This document shows, in pieces, positions 20,592 through 30,635 of a stretch of DNA of 64,000 nucleotides. The stretch lies in contig CAJWHW010000003.1 in NCBI GenBank assembly GCA_913040915.1, positions 1 to 64,000 on the forward strand. Direction: 5' to 3'. Under the pieces are notes generated by a model. The model did no database searches. It was not told the DNA's origin and saw only the letters and a program-made list of their open reading frames with translations. A program made the position numbers and the translations under genes. The stretch is from an uncultured Fidelibacterota bacterium (GTDB lineage: Bacteria > Fidelibacterota > Marinisomatia > Marinisomatales > UBA1611). The first letter of the stretch is position 1, and the number at the start of each line of letters is the position of its first letter.

Positions 20592-23405
20592 TTAAGATTG
20601 AATTGATTCCAAATGAGAGAAAACACTCATTTTTACAGGAATGGAATTAGCAAATATTTCGCCATATCGTTTTGTCACAATTCTATTATCTAAGCAAATA
20701 AATTTACCATTGTCATAGGTCGTTCTTATCAATCGACCAAATCCTTGCCGAAATCGGATAGCGCATTCTGGCAATGCATACTCCATGAAACTATTTCCAC
20801 CATACTTATTAATATAATCACCATAAGATTTAACTAAAGGTTCGGTTGGCACATCAAAGGGCAATTTAACTAATACTAGTATTTCTAATAGATCGCCAGG
20901 TAGGTCGACACCTTCCCAAAAACTGTTTGTACCAAATAAAATACCATCAGGTTGTTGATGCATTCCTTTAATAATTGCAGGCCTTGATGCACCTCTGATT
21001 TGGGCAAATAACGGTAAATCCCTACCACCTGGTTTTTCTCTTAGAAAATTTGCTGTATCGGAAAGTAACTTTCTTGATGTGAATAATACCATCATCCGTT
21101 TTCCATAGGTATTATGTAAATGATAAACTAAATCTGAAATTTTTTCTGGATTATTTGAAATTTCACTTAACCCACCATATTGATAGTAGTTTACCTGCTC
21201 TTCATATATAAAAGGGCTTGAAAATTCTTTTGTTATGATATTTTCTTGTTCAAAAAGTCCTGATCTTTTCAAAAAATAATCAAATTTATTATTAACCTTT
21301 AATGTTGCGGATGTTAGGAATGTGTGATCAAATCGACTAAAAAGCTTTGCATTGAGTGTTTCAGCAACATCTACTATAGATGCATGAAGAGAGATGATTA
21401 ATTTTTCATTAGAAGTATTTCGTTTAAAATAATCACCTTCCATCCAATAAACCCAATCTAAATCTTGATTCTCCGTCAATCGAATTAGGTTTGTCATGAG
21501 TCCCATTATTGTATCTGAGCTTCTATCCAGAACAGAATGTAGTACTGGGTATTCTGATCTTTTTGGGTCTAGTTCTAAAATTGCTTTTTTAAGTTGATCA
21601 AGAATTTTGAAGATTATTTCTAATCCCTGTTTTAAGGTAAATATTTCTGTCTGAACAAAATTATAGGTTTGCTCAATATTATTAAGTATAGGTTTATCTT
21701 GATAAGCTTTAGTAGGCGTAAACCTGTGTTGATTATCTTCGGCTAGATTAATCATAAAATCTTTTAAAATATTTTGGGCTTCCTTTATGGCATCCTTCAA
21801 TTCATTTCGCATTTTAGTAATACCGGGCTCTAGTTCCCCTATTTGATTGAGCATATTATTCCATCTAGCAGATCTGGGAAATGATGGATCTATTGATTGA
21901 AGTAAATGTGCTGTTCTCTTTTCACTCCAATCAGTTTTAAACTGATCATAAGCTGATTTAATGAGATTATGACTCTCATCTACAACTACAGCATTAAATT
22001 GAGGTAAAAAACCAGGAGATTCAGCTTCGGTCATCAATAAAGAATGATTTATCACAAGTATATTCGCTTTATAAATTTCAATTTTTAGTTTGCCATAGTA
22101 GCAACCATGGTTCCGGTTACAAACTTCTCCAGTACAAAATCCCGGTTCACTACAGATAGCAGATTTAAGCCATGTTCTCCTTGAATTCAGAAACCCTGAG
22201 CATTCGGAAAGGTCTCCAGTCTTCGTCCACTCTAGCCAGAAAAGTAATGGGAGTAATGCTTCTATATCAATTTCATCAAGGGTTTTATAATCCCCGATTA
22301 ACCAATTAAAACGAGTTTTACAAACATAATTGTTACGTCCCTTCATCATAACTGCTTTAATGGTCACATTTAGAGATTCTGCTAATAAGGGTAAATCTTT
22401 ATAAAATAACTGATCTTGCAAGGGTTTGGTATTGCAGGCAATTACAGTTGGACCATCTTCTTCTGATTGTAAAGACTTTTTAAAGGCGCCGAATAAGTAG
22501 GCTAATGATTTTCCCAAACCTGTACCTGCTTCAGCAACTCCAACAAACTTTTCACCATTTAAGACCGTTTCAGCCATTTCAGCATAAGAAACTTGATTTA
22601 AACGGTGTTCAAAATTTGGATGGACAGATGTCAATAAGCCATTAGGGCCAAAAACGTCTTTAGCCGAAATTTCAGAAATTGAGTTTTTACCTTGCCACCT
22701 AAATGTATTTCCATGGTAATCGTGTGTTAACTTTAAGTTAGTGAGACCTTGTTTCATGTCTCCCCTCTTCGTCAATTCATTGCCAAGGTCCACATATAAT
22801 TGTTTATTGGGAATTTCAGAACCTTTTATAAGGGATAAAACCTTTGAAATTACTTCCAGAGGATAACATGCTAAATGCTCAACCAACTTGATAAAAATAA
22901 GACCTGTATTTTCAGTATCTTTCTCAGCTCTATGGGCTCCTTTTGATGATAATCCAAAATGCTCTGATAATGCACTCAGATTAAAAACTGGTAAATCAAA
23001 ATATAACGATCGAGCTAACTGCAATGTGTCATATTTTAAATTATCGGGTTCATCTCTACCCAGTCTAGTACATAACTGACTTAAAAACTTTTCATCAAAA
23101 TGAATATTATGGGCGACTAGTGGATTATCACCCAAAAAGTGAAGAAAATCATCGACTATCAATTCTTCTGTCGGTGCTGTACTCACCATTTTATTTGAAA
23201 TGCCGGTGATCTCTGTGATCATTGGGGAGATATCTCTTTCTGGATTAATTAAAGATACAAATCGATCTGAAATTTCTCCATCGATAAAACGAATAGCAGC
23301 AATTTCAATAATTCGGTCATTATAGGGGTCTAAGCCTGTCGTCTCATAATCAAAAGCAGTGAATTGAGAAAGATTTAATTTTTGTAATACTTCTTTTATT
23401 TTCAA
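20592..23405 (-). CDS. dinG: DinG-family helicase with N-terminal DEDDh 3'-5' exonuclease
   Basis: FDYETTG, HNIHFD, HRAEKD; EAGTGLGKS, DESH, TSATL, FWEGVDLPG, QGFGRLIR. Confidence 0.9.
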   Translation of the reverse strand: MKIKEVLQKLNLSQFTAFDYETTGLDPYNDRIIEIAAIRFIDGEISDRFVSLINPERDISPMITEITGISNKMVSTAPTEELIVDDFLHFLGDNPLVAHNIHFDEKFLSQLCTRLGRDEPDNLKYDTLQLARSLYFDLPVFNLSALSEHFGLSSKGAHRAEKDTENTGLIFIKLVEHLACYPLEVISKVLSLIKGSEIPNKQLYVDLGNELTKRGDMKQGLTNLKLTHDYHGNTFRWQGKNSISEISAKDVFGPNGLLTSVHPNFEHRLNQVSYAEMAETVLNGEKFVGVAEAGTGLGKSLAYLFGAFKKSLQSEEDGPTVIACNTKPLQDQLFYKDLPLLAESLNVTIKAVMMKGRNNYVCKTRFNWLIGDYKTLDEIDIEALLPLLFWLEWTKTGDLSECSGFLNSRRTWLKSAICSEPGFCTGEVCNRNHGCYYGKLKIEIYKANILVINHSLLMTEAESPGFLPQFNAVVVDESHNLIKSAYDQFKTDWSEKRTAHLLQSIDPSFPRSARWNNMLNQIGELEPGITKMRNELKDAIKEAQNILKDFMINLAEDNQHRFTPTKAYQDKPILNNIEQTYNFVQTEIFTLKQGLEIIFKILDQLKKAILELDPKRSEYPVLHSVLDRSSDTIMGLMTNLIRLTENQDLDWVYWMEGDYFKRNTSNEKLIISLHASIVDVAETLNAKLFSRFDHTFLTSATLKVNNKFDYFLKRSGLFEQENIITKEFSSPFIYEEQVNYYQYGGLSEISNNPEKISDLVYHLHNTYGKRMMVLFTSRKLLSDTANFLREKPGGRDLPLFAQIRGASRPAIIKGMHQQPDGILFGTNSFWEGVDLPGDLLEILVLVKLPFDVPTEPLVKSYGDYINKYGGNSFMEYALPECAIRFRQGFGRLIRTTYDNGKFICLDNRIVTKRYGEIFANSIPVKMSVFSHLESIQS

Positions 23406-23417
23406 TGGTTATTCAAA

Positions 23418-24632
23418 TCAGGAAAAAAGGATTTTAAAATAAAATAAAGGATTGGATAGTTCATCTTTTGGAATTTCATGTGATAACATTCCTGAGATGA
23501 TCTCTTGGACCTCTTCATTTCTGGCAGCTCGATTAATTACAAAGTTTAATAAAAAGCGTGACCTGGCAAGATTTTGTAATTTGGTGCTTGTCCTGAGTTC
23601 TTTACCAATTTCGTACCATAATAATTGATCATATTCGCTAAATGCATTTTTAGAATAATTTCCCGATGTTTTACTTTTTGCTGCAATCTGCATTGCATAT
23701 TTTGCAGATACCATTGCATTTCCAATCCCTTCACCTGTGAATGGATCAATCAAACCTGCCGCATCTCCTAACAGCATAAATCCATTCCCATGATTTTCCC
23801 TATGGATCCTTCCTAATGGTAAATTCCAACCAATTGGTTTTTCTAATTGTTTAGCTCCTTCAAATCGATCTTTGAAATATTCAGAATTTGTAATTTCATC
23901 CAAAATTTGTGTAAGCGTTCGACTATCTTTTTTGATATCATTTTTACTAAGACCTAAACCTATATTGGCAATACCATTTCCAGCTGGAAATAACCAAAAA
24001 TATCCTGGATTAACCTCCTTCACATAATGCAATTCTATTTGATCCTTAAGACCTTTTACACCTTCATAATAACAACGAATTGCAACTGAAGTGTTATCCA
24101 TATCCATTTCATACAGTCCTAACTTCCTAGCAACAATCGAATTATACCCATCACACCCCATTACAATCGATGCTTCAATTTTCTGTTTATCTCCTTTTTT
24201 TTTCCTACCTTCAATACCAACAACTCTTCCATTATCTTGAAGTAAGTCTGTTACAGAAAAACCCTGAATTGTATCGGTAACTTTTTCTGCTTGTTGGAAA
24301 AGAAAATGATCAAAAATCTCCCGTTTTATCACAAATCCTTTTGTGATATAATCATTCTTTTTTGAACCATTGAGATAAACATTAAAATTTTTATGACTTG
24401 GAGCGCCAAAGGTGATTCTATTGATAACTGCACCATCAAGATTTTCAATTTCTTCTAATAAATCAAGTTCACGGAATATTCTAACTGATTTTCCCGATAG
24501 AGCATCACCACATATCTTATCTCTTGGAAAGGTAGATTTATCAACTAATAGACACTTTAGGCCTGCTCTATGTGCATATAATGCGGCTGTAGAGCCAGCT
24601 GGACCAGCACCTACAATAATAACATCATACAT
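23418..24632 (-). CDS. Geranylgeranyl reductase family FAD-dependent oxidoreductase
   Basis: GAGPAG, FPRDKICGD, GYFWLFP, GDAAGLIDPFTGEGI. Confidence 0.9.
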   Translation of the reverse strand: MYDVIIVGAGPAGSTAALYAHRAGLKCLLVDKSTFPRDKICGDALSGKSVRIFRELDLLEEIENLDGAVINRITFGAPSHKNFNVYLNGSKKNDYITKGFVIKREIFDHFLFQQAEKVTDTIQGFSVTDLLQDNGRVVGIEGRKKKGDKQKIEASIVMGCDGYNSIVARKLGLYEMDMDNTSVAIRCYYEGVKGLKDQIELHYVKEVNPGYFWLFPAGNGIANIGLGLSKNDIKKDSRTLTQILDEITNSEYFKDRFEGAKQLEKPIGWNLPLGRIHRENHGNGFMLLGDAAGLIDPFTGEGIGNAMVSAKYAMQIAAKSKTSGNYSKNAFSEYDQLLWYEIGKELRTSTKLQNLARSRFLLNFVINRAARNEEVQEIISGMLSHEIPKDELSNPLFYFKILFS

Positions 24633-24634
24633 TT

Positions 24635-25447
24635 CTATAAATCATCAGAAAAATCCACACCAAAAGATGGATATACAATTCCATATCGAAAATAATTCAC
24701 AACTCTTAGCATGTAAAATAACAATGCAATTGGAATGAAAAACCAAGGCGCTCGAACACATAAAAACATAGCAAAAATAAATAGAGGATAAAATCTTACA
24801 CGCTGTAAATGACGGATTCGATTAGGCCAGATCAACGTAATAAGAGGAAAAGGTAAGGTAACCATTCCTGCCGTACTAATAATTGGGTCATCAAAATAAA
24901 AGCCTAAGATAACTGCTGCTGATAATGATAATGTTGAAAATAAAAAATTTTGTTCTTTTTGATCCCAGTCAAAATTATACCATTCACCCTTTGTCTCATC
25001 GTATTCAAGATTAACTTGAAAAGCAAATAAACATCCCATAAATGCAAAAACATATGGGGTGATTCCTATAAAATTTGCAATTGAAGCGCGATGATCTATC
25101 CATCCAATTAAAATTAAAAGTAAGGCTATGAAAGTATGGAGAAATATTTCACTTCCACTTAATCTCTTTAATCCAGCTATCCAAAAAGATTTTGGTTTTA
25201 AAATAAAATAAAATAAGACTGTTACAGCAATAAGCTTTATGAGTCCATATTCCCACCCAGTCCAATCCATGTAGACAAATCGGTTTTCCTGTCCTGAACC
25301 GAGTACAAATCCTGATACGGTTAAAGTCCAAATAGAGAATAATTGAGTGATGCTTATGGCATCTAGCTTTTTTCCAAAATCCGAAAAACGATTCCTGTTC
25401 CTATTGTAAAATTTTGAATCTGGTGGAAAAATTCGTTCAACAATCAT
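24635..25447 (-). CDS. Hypothetical multi-pass membrane protein
   Basis: About 7-8 hydrophobic segments; packed in an operon with 2-3 bp gaps. Confidence 0.7.
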   Translation of the reverse strand: MIVERIFPPDSKFYNRNRNRFSDFGKKLDAISITQLFSIWTLTVSGFVLGSGQENRFVYMDWTGWEYGLIKLIAVTVLFYFILKPKSFWIAGLKRLSGSEIFLHTFIALLLILIGWIDHRASIANFIGITPYVFAFMGCLFAFQVNLEYDETKGEWYNFDWDQKEQNFLFSTLSLSAAVILGFYFDDPIISTAGMVTLPFPLITLIWPNRIRHLQRVRFYPLFIFAMFLCVRAPWFFIPIALLFYMLRVVNYFRYGIVYPSFGVDFSDDL

Positions 25448-25450
25448 TTT

Positions 25451-26818
25451 TTAACCAACTATAGGTGATCCGGTAACAAGCGAAATAATTTCATTTAGAA
25501 GAATAAAGCCTACCACAATTGCAGAAATTGAGAATAAAATTTTAACAAGCCCACCATCAATATCTTTATCCATCCCTTTTGATAAATCACGAATAAATTC
25601 AGATACTCCCCATTTGTAAAGAACAAATACTGCAGTCAAAAGTCCACCTATAGGCAGCATGTATTTTGATGATAAATAATCTAATACATCAAAGAAACTC
25701 ATATCAAAAATCGAAGTGATATTGAATGCTCCCATGGACAGAGAACAAAATACACCTACCACAGTCACGACTGATCCAAAAATTATGGTGGCTTTTTCAC
25801 GACCCCAGCCTTTTGCATCGATGAAATATGCTGTTATCACTTCTAAAATAGAAATTGCAGAAGTCAAAGCAGCCATAAATAATAGAAAGAAAAATAATGA
25901 TCCCCATATTGCACCACCAGCCAGTTTAGGAAAAATAGTTGGCAATACTATAAAAATGAGTCCAGCACCTTCGCTGGGATTAGCCCCCATAGCAAAAACA
26001 GTTGCAAATATCGCTACACCCGCCATCATAGCAATAAGCGTATCCAACATTATTATCCAAACAGCAGACGTCAATAAATTTTGATCTTCTTTTAGGTAAC
26101 TACCATATGTTATCATAGTTCCCATTCCTAAACTTAGAGTAAAAAATGAATGTCCTAATGCTAATACGATGCTTGATGCAGTTAAATCATCAAATTTAGG
26201 TTTAAATAAAAATTCCAATGCCTGTGCTCCATTTGGTAATGTTAAACCTCGTACCATGAGCATTACCAGAATAACTAAGATAGCAGGCATCATAATTTTT
26301 GTCCATTTTTCAATCCCTCCTTTTACTCCTTGTATGATAACAAAAATAGTGATTATCATAAAGATAATTTGCCAAAAAACAGGAGGAATTGTATCTGAAA
26401 TAAAATCTGAAAATAACTTACCTGAGACTTCAGGTTTCCCTGCTAAATCCTGAAAACCACCTGTCAGAGAAATAAGTGTATACTTCATTGTCCATCCCCC
26501 AACAACACCATAAAAGGATAGAATTACAAATGCCGATGCCACACCAAGCATTCCTACCCATTTCCAATTGGAATTTGGGGCAACGGTTGCAAAAGCGCCT
26601 ACAGGACTTAATTGCGTTTTTCTCCCTAACACAAATTCACCAATTACGATAGGCAGACCAACAACAAAAATGCAAAGTAAATAAACAACTGTGAATGCTG
26701 CCCCACCATTCTCACCCGCCATATGTGGATATTTCCAAATGTTTCCCAAACCTACTGCGGAACCCGATGCTGCTAAAATAAATCCTATTCTTGATCCCCA
26801 CTGCTCTCGATTATTCAT
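25451..26818 (-). CDS. Sodium-dependent transporter (NSS/SLC6 family)
   Basis: REQWGSRIGFILAASGSAVGLGNIWKYP, FFTLSLGMG. Confidence 0.93.
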   Translation of the reverse strand: MNNREQWGSRIGFILAASGSAVGLGNIWKYPHMAGENGGAAFTVVYLLCIFVVGLPIVIGEFVLGRKTQLSPVGAFATVAPNSNWKWVGMLGVASAFVILSFYGVVGGWTMKYTLISLTGGFQDLAGKPEVSGKLFSDFISDTIPPVFWQIIFMIITIFVIIQGVKGGIEKWTKIMMPAILVILVMLMVRGLTLPNGAQALEFLFKPKFDDLTASSIVLALGHSFFTLSLGMGTMITYGSYLKEDQNLLTSAVWIIMLDTLIAMMAGVAIFATVFAMGANPSEGAGLIFIVLPTIFPKLAGGAIWGSLFFFLLFMAALTSAISILEVITAYFIDAKGWGREKATIIFGSVVTVVGVFCSLSMGAFNITSIFDMSFFDVLDYLSSKYMLPIGGLLTAVFVLYKWGVSEFIRDLSKGMDKDIDGGLVKILFSISAIVVGFILLNEIISLVTGSPIVG

Positions 26819-27227
26819 TTATATTTTCTTCCTTCTCTTCATTTTCTATTGGACTTTCCATTACCTGATCGAATTTATCCAAGTGTGCATCTACAATAGC
26901 ATCAATCATACCGTAAACGTAAATAATTCCTATCCACCAAGCATATTTATTCCGTTTGGAAAGATAACGATACTTTGATAATTCACGATTCTTCAAATCA
27001 TAATTATTATATATGTTTTTATTTCGAGACCAAGCTTCATAAGCAGCATATTCTAAACTAATGATTATTAAAGATTTGACCCATTTACCGTTATATACCT
27101 GTCCCAACCCTGGTACGAGAGAAAAATAGAATGCTTTTCTTGGGCTTTTTGTTTGAATATTCTCTTTGGTATTAGCAAGGATAATTCCAGAAATCAAAAT
27201 TGTGCATATTAAATATTTATGATCCAT
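26811..27227 (-). CDS. DUF5683-like membrane protein
   Basis: SPRKAFYFSLVPGLGQVYN, IDAIVDAHL; ATG at 27227 preferred. Confidence 0.7.
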   Translation of the reverse strand: MDHKYLICTILISGIILANTKENIQTKSPRKAFYFSLVPGLGQVYNGKWVKSLIIISLEYAAYEAWSRNKNIYNNYDLKNRELSKYRYLSKRNKYAWWIGIIYVYGMIDAIVDAHLDKFDQVMESPIENEEKEENINE

Positions 27228-27235
27228 TGAATTAA

Positions 27236-27616
27236 CTAACCAAAAGCGATACATTCTATTTCAACCTTTGCCCCTAAAGGAAGAGCTGAAACTTCGACGG
27301 TAGATCTGGCTGGATAGTCAACATCACCAAAAAAATCTTTAAATGATTCATTTACATAATTAAAACCACCCAAATCAGTTAAAAATACTGTCAGTTTAAC
27401 TATATGAGTTTTATCTACTCCAGATTCTTTTAGTATCGCTTCAATATTTTGCAACGCTCGAAATGCTTCTGATTTAATTCCGCCTTCTACAAGTTTTTGC
27501 GTATAGTGATCAATTCCAAGTTGACCTGAAGTAAAAATAAAACCGTTATACTGTACTGCTTGATTATAGGTGCCAATTGCTGCAGGTGCAGCATTTGTTT
27601 GGATGATTTTCTTCAT
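27236..27616 (-). CDS. RidA/YjgF family enamine deaminase
   Basis: APAAIGTYNQA, SGQ, YPARSTVEVSALP, VEIECIA. Confidence 0.92.
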   Translation of the reverse strand: MKKIIQTNAAPAAIGTYNQAVQYNGFIFTSGQLGIDHYTQKLVEGGIKSEAFRALQNIEAILKESGVDKTHIVKLTVFLTDLGGFNYVNESFKDFFGDVDYPARSTVEVSALPLGAKVEIECIAFG

Positions 27617-28056
27617 AATAGTGATTCAAGTTTGTTTTCTAGACATATACATGGAAGTCCTATGTCTTCATTAAGCTCTCTATATGCATCTCCGGAAAAT
27701 TTTCTTAGAAAAAATTCACCAACAGCAGCAACGGTTGTCTCAAATAAATGACCACCAACGGTTTTCATTTCATGATTGGATAATATAACATGAGCATGTA
27801 CAAATGGTTCTCCATCTTTTAAAGTCACATTCCCTTCATAGCTTACCAGTTCCCAGACATCATCAAAGTGATTTTGAAAATATTCTTTTTTTTCTGTATC
27901 ATAAGCACCAATTCCAGTTTCCTTTACCGCACCAATCCCTGAAATTTTTGCATTTTTAATATTTTGATCTTTACAAAATTGAGTTAAAGTACTCATAACT
28001 TTTTCATTTTTTTCAATATATATAAAATAATCTATACCTTTACATTGAAACTGCAT
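27613..28056 (-). CDS. PPC-domain (DUF296) protein
   Basis: GIGAV, ELVSYEGNV, HAHVIL, GGHL. Confidence 0.85.
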   Translation of the reverse strand: MQFQCKGIDYFIYIEKNEKVMSTLTQFCKDQNIKNAKISGIGAVKETGIGAYDTEKKEYFQNHFDDVWELVSYEGNVTLKDGEPFVHAHVILSNHEMKTVGGHLFETTVAAVGEFFLRKFSGDAYRELNEDIGLPCICLENKLESLL

Positions 28057-28059
28057 CTT

Positions 28060-30633
28060 TTATCCTTTCAATACATCTGTTATCAATTCATGAGTTTTTT
28101 CCATCACTAGTTCTAAAGACTTTATATCTTTGCCACCAGCGGTTGCAAGATGGTGTTTACCGCCGCCGCCACCACCCATAAATCCGCCGATTATTTTGGC
28201 TAAATTTTCGGCCGTAACACCTTTATCTATAAGGTCGTTTGAAACTATAATTACGGCAGACGGCTTACCTTCTACTTCACTAAAGAGAATACCAACTCCG
28301 CTACTCAAGTGTTGAAATAATTTATCTCCCAAGCCCTTCAGCTGATCCATTGAATTTGTATTTACTTGTTTTAATAGTATTTGATAATCTCCAATGGATT
28401 CAATTTCCTTTGATAAATCCAAATCTTGATTGGATTGCAAAAAGTGATGTTTTAGTTGTTTTTCCAGGTCCTTCTTTTCATTGAGAAGATTTTCTACACG
28501 TTCAGTAATGTCATTTGGTGGTGTTTTTAGTATTTCCTGTAACTCTTGTAATATAAACGAATTCTCCTGCATTTTTTCTACAGATTTTTTTCCAGTGATA
28601 GCTACAATACGCCGAACACCTGATGAAAGTGAAGATTCTTCAGTTATTTTAAAAGAACCAATATCTCCGGCACGATCTACGTGCGTACCACCACATAATT
28701 CCATAGAAAATTCGCCCACTTTAACCACCCTCACTTTTTCACCATATTTTTCTCCAAATATAGCCTCTGCACCTTCGGATTTTGCTTCATCAAAACTTTT
28801 AACTGAAACTTCTAAATTACTATTTAACAGAATTTGCTTATTAACTATTGTTTCAATTTGTATAATTTGGTCTGTAGATATTTTTTCAAAATGAGTTAAA
28901 TCAAATCTTAGATAATCTGGATGGACCAAAGAACCAGCTTGATTCACATGCTCACCAAGAACTTTCTTAAGAGCTTTATGCATTAGATGTGTTGCAGTAT
29001 GATTCTTACGAATAGATTGACGACGTGGCTCATCCACCCTACACTGTACCATGCCTTTTCCTTCCATAGATCCTGTACAGATATGGATGAATGAATCGTT
29101 ATCCTTTTTTACATCCAATACATGAAGGGAAATTCCGTCTCCTGTAATGGATCCTTGATCCCCAATTTGGCCCCCAGATTCCGCATAAAATGGTGTTTGA
29201 TTTAAAACTACAAAAATTTGGTCTTCTAAAATAGAATATTGCCGAATTTCTGCTTCGCATTCTATTGTTTCATATCCTAAAAATTCAGAGTCATCACCTT
29301 TGGAAACAATTATCCACTCTGTTTTATCTGTCTCAGTTTTGAAGTTACCTGAGTCCTTAGCCCGTTTTTTTTGGTCATCCATAGCACTGATAAACCCTTT
29401 TTCATCCACAGCTAAATGTCTTTCACGGGCCATTAGCTGCGTAAGGTCCAATGGAAATCCATACGTGTCATAAAGCTTAAATGCATCTGAGCCACTGATC
29501 TCTGACCCTTCCAATTTGGCAACTATTTTTTCAAAATGATTGATACCGCGATCTAAAGTATGATTAAAAGATGATTCTTCAGATTCAATAACTTTTTCTA
29601 AATGAGCCTTTTTTTCCACAACTTCAGGGAAAATACTACCCATAATCCCTCCAACGGTTTCTACCAGTTTATATAAGAAAGGATCGTATAGGCCAAGTGT
29701 CCTCCCAAACCGGGCACCACGCCTTAATATTCTCCTTAAAACGTATCCACGACCTTCATTAGATGGCAGAGCACCATCTGCAATGGAAAAGCACAACATA
29801 CGAATGTGATCTGCAATCACTCGAAAAGGGATTGGGTTTTTTTCATATGATGTATTTGATAGAGTCTCTATCCTTCTGATAATAGGTAAAAACAGATCCG
29901 TGTCATAATTACTATTTTTACCTTGAAGAACTGCTGCTATACGTTCTAGTCCAGCACCAGTATCCACATGTTTATCTGGAAGATCTTCCAAAGAACCATT
30001 TTTATTACGATTATTTTGGATGAAAACTAGATTCCATAATTCCCAGTATTGTTCCGATTTATTGACACCTGAAGAATCTTGTTTTTTTAGATCATCCCCT
30101 ACAAAATAATGTATTTCTGAGCATGGGCCACAAGGTCCAGTCTCGCCCATTTCCCAAAAGTTATCTTTTTTACCACAGCGTAATATTCGTTCATCTGGGA
30201 TATCTGTGATATCCATCCAAAGGTTGTAAGCTTCGTCATCGTCCTTATAAACTGTAGCCCAAAGACGTTCCTTATCTAATTTCCATACTTCTGTTAATAA
30301 CTCCCAGGCCCATTTTATAGCTTCTTTTTTATAATAATCACCAAAGGACCAATTCCCAAGCATTTCAAAAAATGTATGATGAAATGTATCTACACCAACT
30401 TCTTCCAAATCATTATGTTTACCTGACACTCTTATGCATTTTTGGCTGTTTACTGCACGAATACTTTTTGGTTTTGCTTGACCTAAAAAGATTGGTTTAA
30501 ATTGATTCATTCCTGCATTGGTAAATAAAAGAGTCGGATCATCATGGGGAACAACAGAAGAACTTCGAACAACTTTGTGATCTATATCTTCAAAATATTT
30601 TATAAATGAGTTTCTAATATCTGTGGAATTCAT
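28060..30633 (-). CDS. alaS: Alanine--tRNA ligase
   Basis: DPTLLFTNAGMNQFK, HHTFFEMLGNWSFGDY, HTATHL, ELCGGTH, DHHA1 GGGGG. Confidence 0.98.
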   Translation of the reverse strand: MNSTDIRNSFIKYFEDIDHKVVRSSSVVPHDDPTLLFTNAGMNQFKPIFLGQAKPKSIRAVNSQKCIRVSGKHNDLEEVGVDTFHHTFFEMLGNWSFGDYYKKEAIKWAWELLTEVWKLDKERLWATVYKDDDEAYNLWMDITDIPDERILRCGKKDNFWEMGETGPCGPCSEIHYFVGDDLKKQDSSGVNKSEQYWELWNLVFIQNNRNKNGSLEDLPDKHVDTGAGLERIAAVLQGKNSNYDTDLFLPIIRRIETLSNTSYEKNPIPFRVIADHIRMLCFSIADGALPSNEGRGYVLRRILRRGARFGRTLGLYDPFLYKLVETVGGIMGSIFPEVVEKKAHLEKVIESEESSFNHTLDRGINHFEKIVAKLEGSEISGSDAFKLYDTYGFPLDLTQLMARERHLAVDEKGFISAMDDQKKRAKDSGNFKTETDKTEWIIVSKGDDSEFLGYETIECEAEIRQYSILEDQIFVVLNQTPFYAESGGQIGDQGSITGDGISLHVLDVKKDNDSFIHICTGSMEGKGMVQCRVDEPRRQSIRKNHTATHLMHKALKKVLGEHVNQAGSLVHPDYLRFDLTHFEKISTDQIIQIETIVNKQILLNSNLEVSVKSFDEAKSEGAEAIFGEKYGEKVRVVKVGEFSMELCGGTHVDRAGDIGSFKITEESSLSSGVRRIVAITGKKSVEKMQENSFILQELQEILKTPPNDITERVENLLNEKKDLEKQLKHHFLQSNQDLDLSKEIESIGDYQILLKQVNTNSMDQLKGLGDKLFQHLSSGVGILFSEVEGKPSAVIIVSNDLIDKGVTAENLAKIIGGFMGGGGGGKHHLATAGGKDIKSLELVMEKTHELITDVLKG

Positions 30634-30635
30634 AA

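Noticed and set aside
28160..28180. GC-rich CCG/CCA repeat
   Set aside because: Encodes the normal Gly-rich DHHA1 motif of AlaRS
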